A DNA stretch of 63,979 nucleotides, counting the filler, from Lama guanicoe (taxonomy: Eukaryota), in the NCBI GenBank assembly GCA_013239625.1. It is 101 parts of 101 records of this genome, joined end to end, with 100 filler letters (N's around TTAATTAATTAA, not from the genome) between each part and the next. Parts side by side here need not be neighbours in the genome. Positions count along the whole stretch, not along the records: positions 62,090 to 62,805 come from PNXV01026921.1; positions 62,906 to 63,314 come from PNXV01026922.1; positions 63,415 to 63,979 come from PNXV01026924.1; 98 more parts are not named here. One strand, 5' to 3'. The translations under genes and the position numbers were made by a program. Every line of letters begins with the position of its first letter. The first letter of the stretch is position 1. Of the stretch, positions 62,090-63,979 are shown piece after piece. Under the pieces are notes generated by a model. That model saw only the letters and a list, made by a program, of their open reading frames with translations. It was not told the origin of the DNA and ran no database searches.

Positions 62090-62805
62090 GACAACTCCAC
62101 GCAGCTCTCTTTAGTCACAGGTGTTCCCTGAACGGGGAGACCAAGAAATATCTTCCCTGAACTTTGGGAGGCAGCCTCTGTCACTGGGATTGCCTGCAAA
62201 CCCCCCTAGCATTCCCTGGCACAGAGACATTAGGAAAATTCCCAGGGGAGACGAGCTTAGGCATTCCGTTAGAACCCACGCTCTGTCGACAGTTGATGGA
62301 ACCTTCCCACGCTCAGGATTCCGGAACAATTGTCAGTGGGTTGGGAGCTCGAGACACAACACCACGCAGCTCTCTTAGGTCACAGGTGTTCCCTGTAAGG
62401 GGAAATTCTGAGAAGTATCTTCCCTGACCTTGGAGAGGCAGCCTCTGTCACTGGGATTGCCTGCAAACCCCCCTAGCATTCCCTGGCACAGAGACATAAG
62501 TAAAAATCCCAGGGATTTCTAGCTTAGGCATTCCGTTAGAACCCACACTGTGCCGACAGTTGGTGGAACCTCCCCACGCTCAGGATTCCGGAACCATTGT
62601 CAGTGCGTGGGGAGCTCGAGAGACAACTCCACGCAGCTCTCTTCAGTCACAGGTGTTCCCTGTTAGGGGGAATTCTGAGAAATACCTTCCCTGACCTTGG
62701 GGAGACAGCCTATGTCCCTGGGATTTCCTGCAAACCCCCTAGCAATCCCTGGCACTGAGACATTAGGAAAAAACCAGGGAAGTCGAGCTTAGGCATTCCG
62801 TTAGA
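62090..62805 (+). repeat. 267-bp satellite array fragment
   Basis: About 2.7 monomers. Confidence 0.95.
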
Positions 62806-62905
62806 NNNNNNNNNNNNNNNNNNNNNNNNNNNNNNNNNNNNNNNNNNNNTTAATTAATTAANNNNNNNNNNNNNNNNNNNNNNNNNNNNNNNNNNNNNNN
62901 NNNNN

Positions 62906-63314
62906 ACTAAAACTAAATAAATTTCATGATAATTTCAAGGAAAATGACCAAACGGTAAAAGGAAGATGAAATGAAGAAAGAGGAAAAACCAAATCAACAG
63001 CGAAGATAAGGTCAAATGGCAATAAACACAAACATATCATAGATTATTGTAAGTGTTAATGGATTAATTCTACAGTCAAAAGTCATAGAGTGGCAGGCTG
63101 GATAATAAAACAAGAACCTTCAGTATGCTGCATACAAGGGACCCACTTCAGTGAGAAGGACACATATAGATTGAGAGTGAAAGGATAGAAAAAGGTATTT
63201 CATAAAAATGGAAAAGCCAAAAAAGCAGGTGTTGCAGTACTGATTTCAGACAAGAGTTTTTAAAGCAAAGTCCATAAAGAAAGATAAAGAAAGACATTTT
63301 ATAATGATTGAAGG
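62906..63314 (+). mobile_element. L1 inter-ORF spacer and ORF2 endonuclease N-terminus (inactivated)
   Basis: ATGGCAATAAAC at 63016; degenerate VNGL..K.HRVAGWI.KQ.P..CCIQ.THF..KDT.RL.VKG..K.FH.NG..KKAGVAVLISDK with stops and frameshifts. Confidence 0.9.
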
Positions 63315-63414
63315 NNNNNNNNNNNNNNNNNNNNNNNNNNNNNNNNNNNNNNNNNNNNTTAATTAATTAANNNNNNNNNNNNNNNNNNNNNNNNNNNNNN
63401 NNNNNNNNNNNNNN

Positions 63415-63979
63415 ACTTATCTCTCAGAAATCAGCACGTGGAGAGATGTTCGTTCATACAGCATAATGGGCCCGGGATGCAGGAGAAACACTTACTCTGG
63501 AATCTCAGTCTGTTTTCTAGTGCTGGTTTGAAGTGCTTGCGCTTTTCACTGTGAAACCGTGTTGGAGCTTGTACATCCCCATATATATGTATGGAGTGGG
63601 GATGGCCACTGAAAAGAAACTTTGTGTTCCCTTCAAGCTAGGTGAAGGACGGCTTTTACACACACTATCTCTCCGAACGGTTCATGTGGAGAGACGTTCG
63701 TTCATCCAGAACAAAGGGAACGAGTTGCAGGAGAAACACTTACTCTGGAATCTCAGTCTGTTTTCTAGTGCTGGTTTGAAGTGCTTGCGCTTTTCACTGT
63801 GAAACCGTGTTGGAGCTTGTACATCCCCATATATATGTATGGAGTGGAGATGGCAACTGTAAAGAAACTTTGTGTTACCTTCCAGCTAGGTGAAGGACGG
63901 CTTTTACACACACTATCTCTCCGAACGGTTCATGTGGAGAGACGTTCGTTCATCCAGAACAAAGGGAACGAGTTGCAGG
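63415..63979 (+). repeat. 249-bp satellite array fragment (distinct variant)
   Basis: About 2.3 monomers; local variants GGAATCTCAG and CTCCGAACGGTTCATG shared by adjacent copies. Confidence 0.95.

Noticed and set aside
750..63414. Regularly recurring TTAATTAATTAA palindromes separated by variable sequence (CRISPR- or cassette-like appearance)
   Set aside because: Always embedded in exactly 44+44 N. This is an assembly linker, with no cas or integrase genes, in mammalian DNA.

Overview
This is not a contiguous locus. It is about 101 short (200-981 bp) mammalian contigs joined by an artificial 100-bp spacer (44 N + TTAATTAATTAA + 44 N; stop codons in all six frames), as in a chrUn-style bin of unplaced contigs, so neighbouring contigs carry no linkage information. 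The L1, MaLR and MIR content, with no visible Alu, B1, Bov-tA/BovB, PRE-1 or CanSINE, suggests a laurasiatherian, plausibly a camelid (inference only). About 23 kb is satellite DNA of three families: a GC/CpG-rich 267-268 bp satellite (20 contigs, plus 2 highly diverged relic contigs), a 249 bp satellite (7 contigs) and an AT-rich heptamer (AGAATAT)-based satellite (12 contigs). There are also 40 bp, ~17 bp and 179 bp tandem repeats and many L1/LTR fragments. Recognisable genic pieces are a PILR-family Ig-V exon, a CpG-decayed copy of the first coding exon of TRAPPC9, and a CpG-island promoter with NRF1, GC-box, CCAAT and CDE-CHR elements. I found no CRISPR array, RNA gene or new multi-gene system. 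Most ORFs in the track are artefacts of satellites or N-runs. The most interesting signals concern satellite evolution and duplicated gene fragments.
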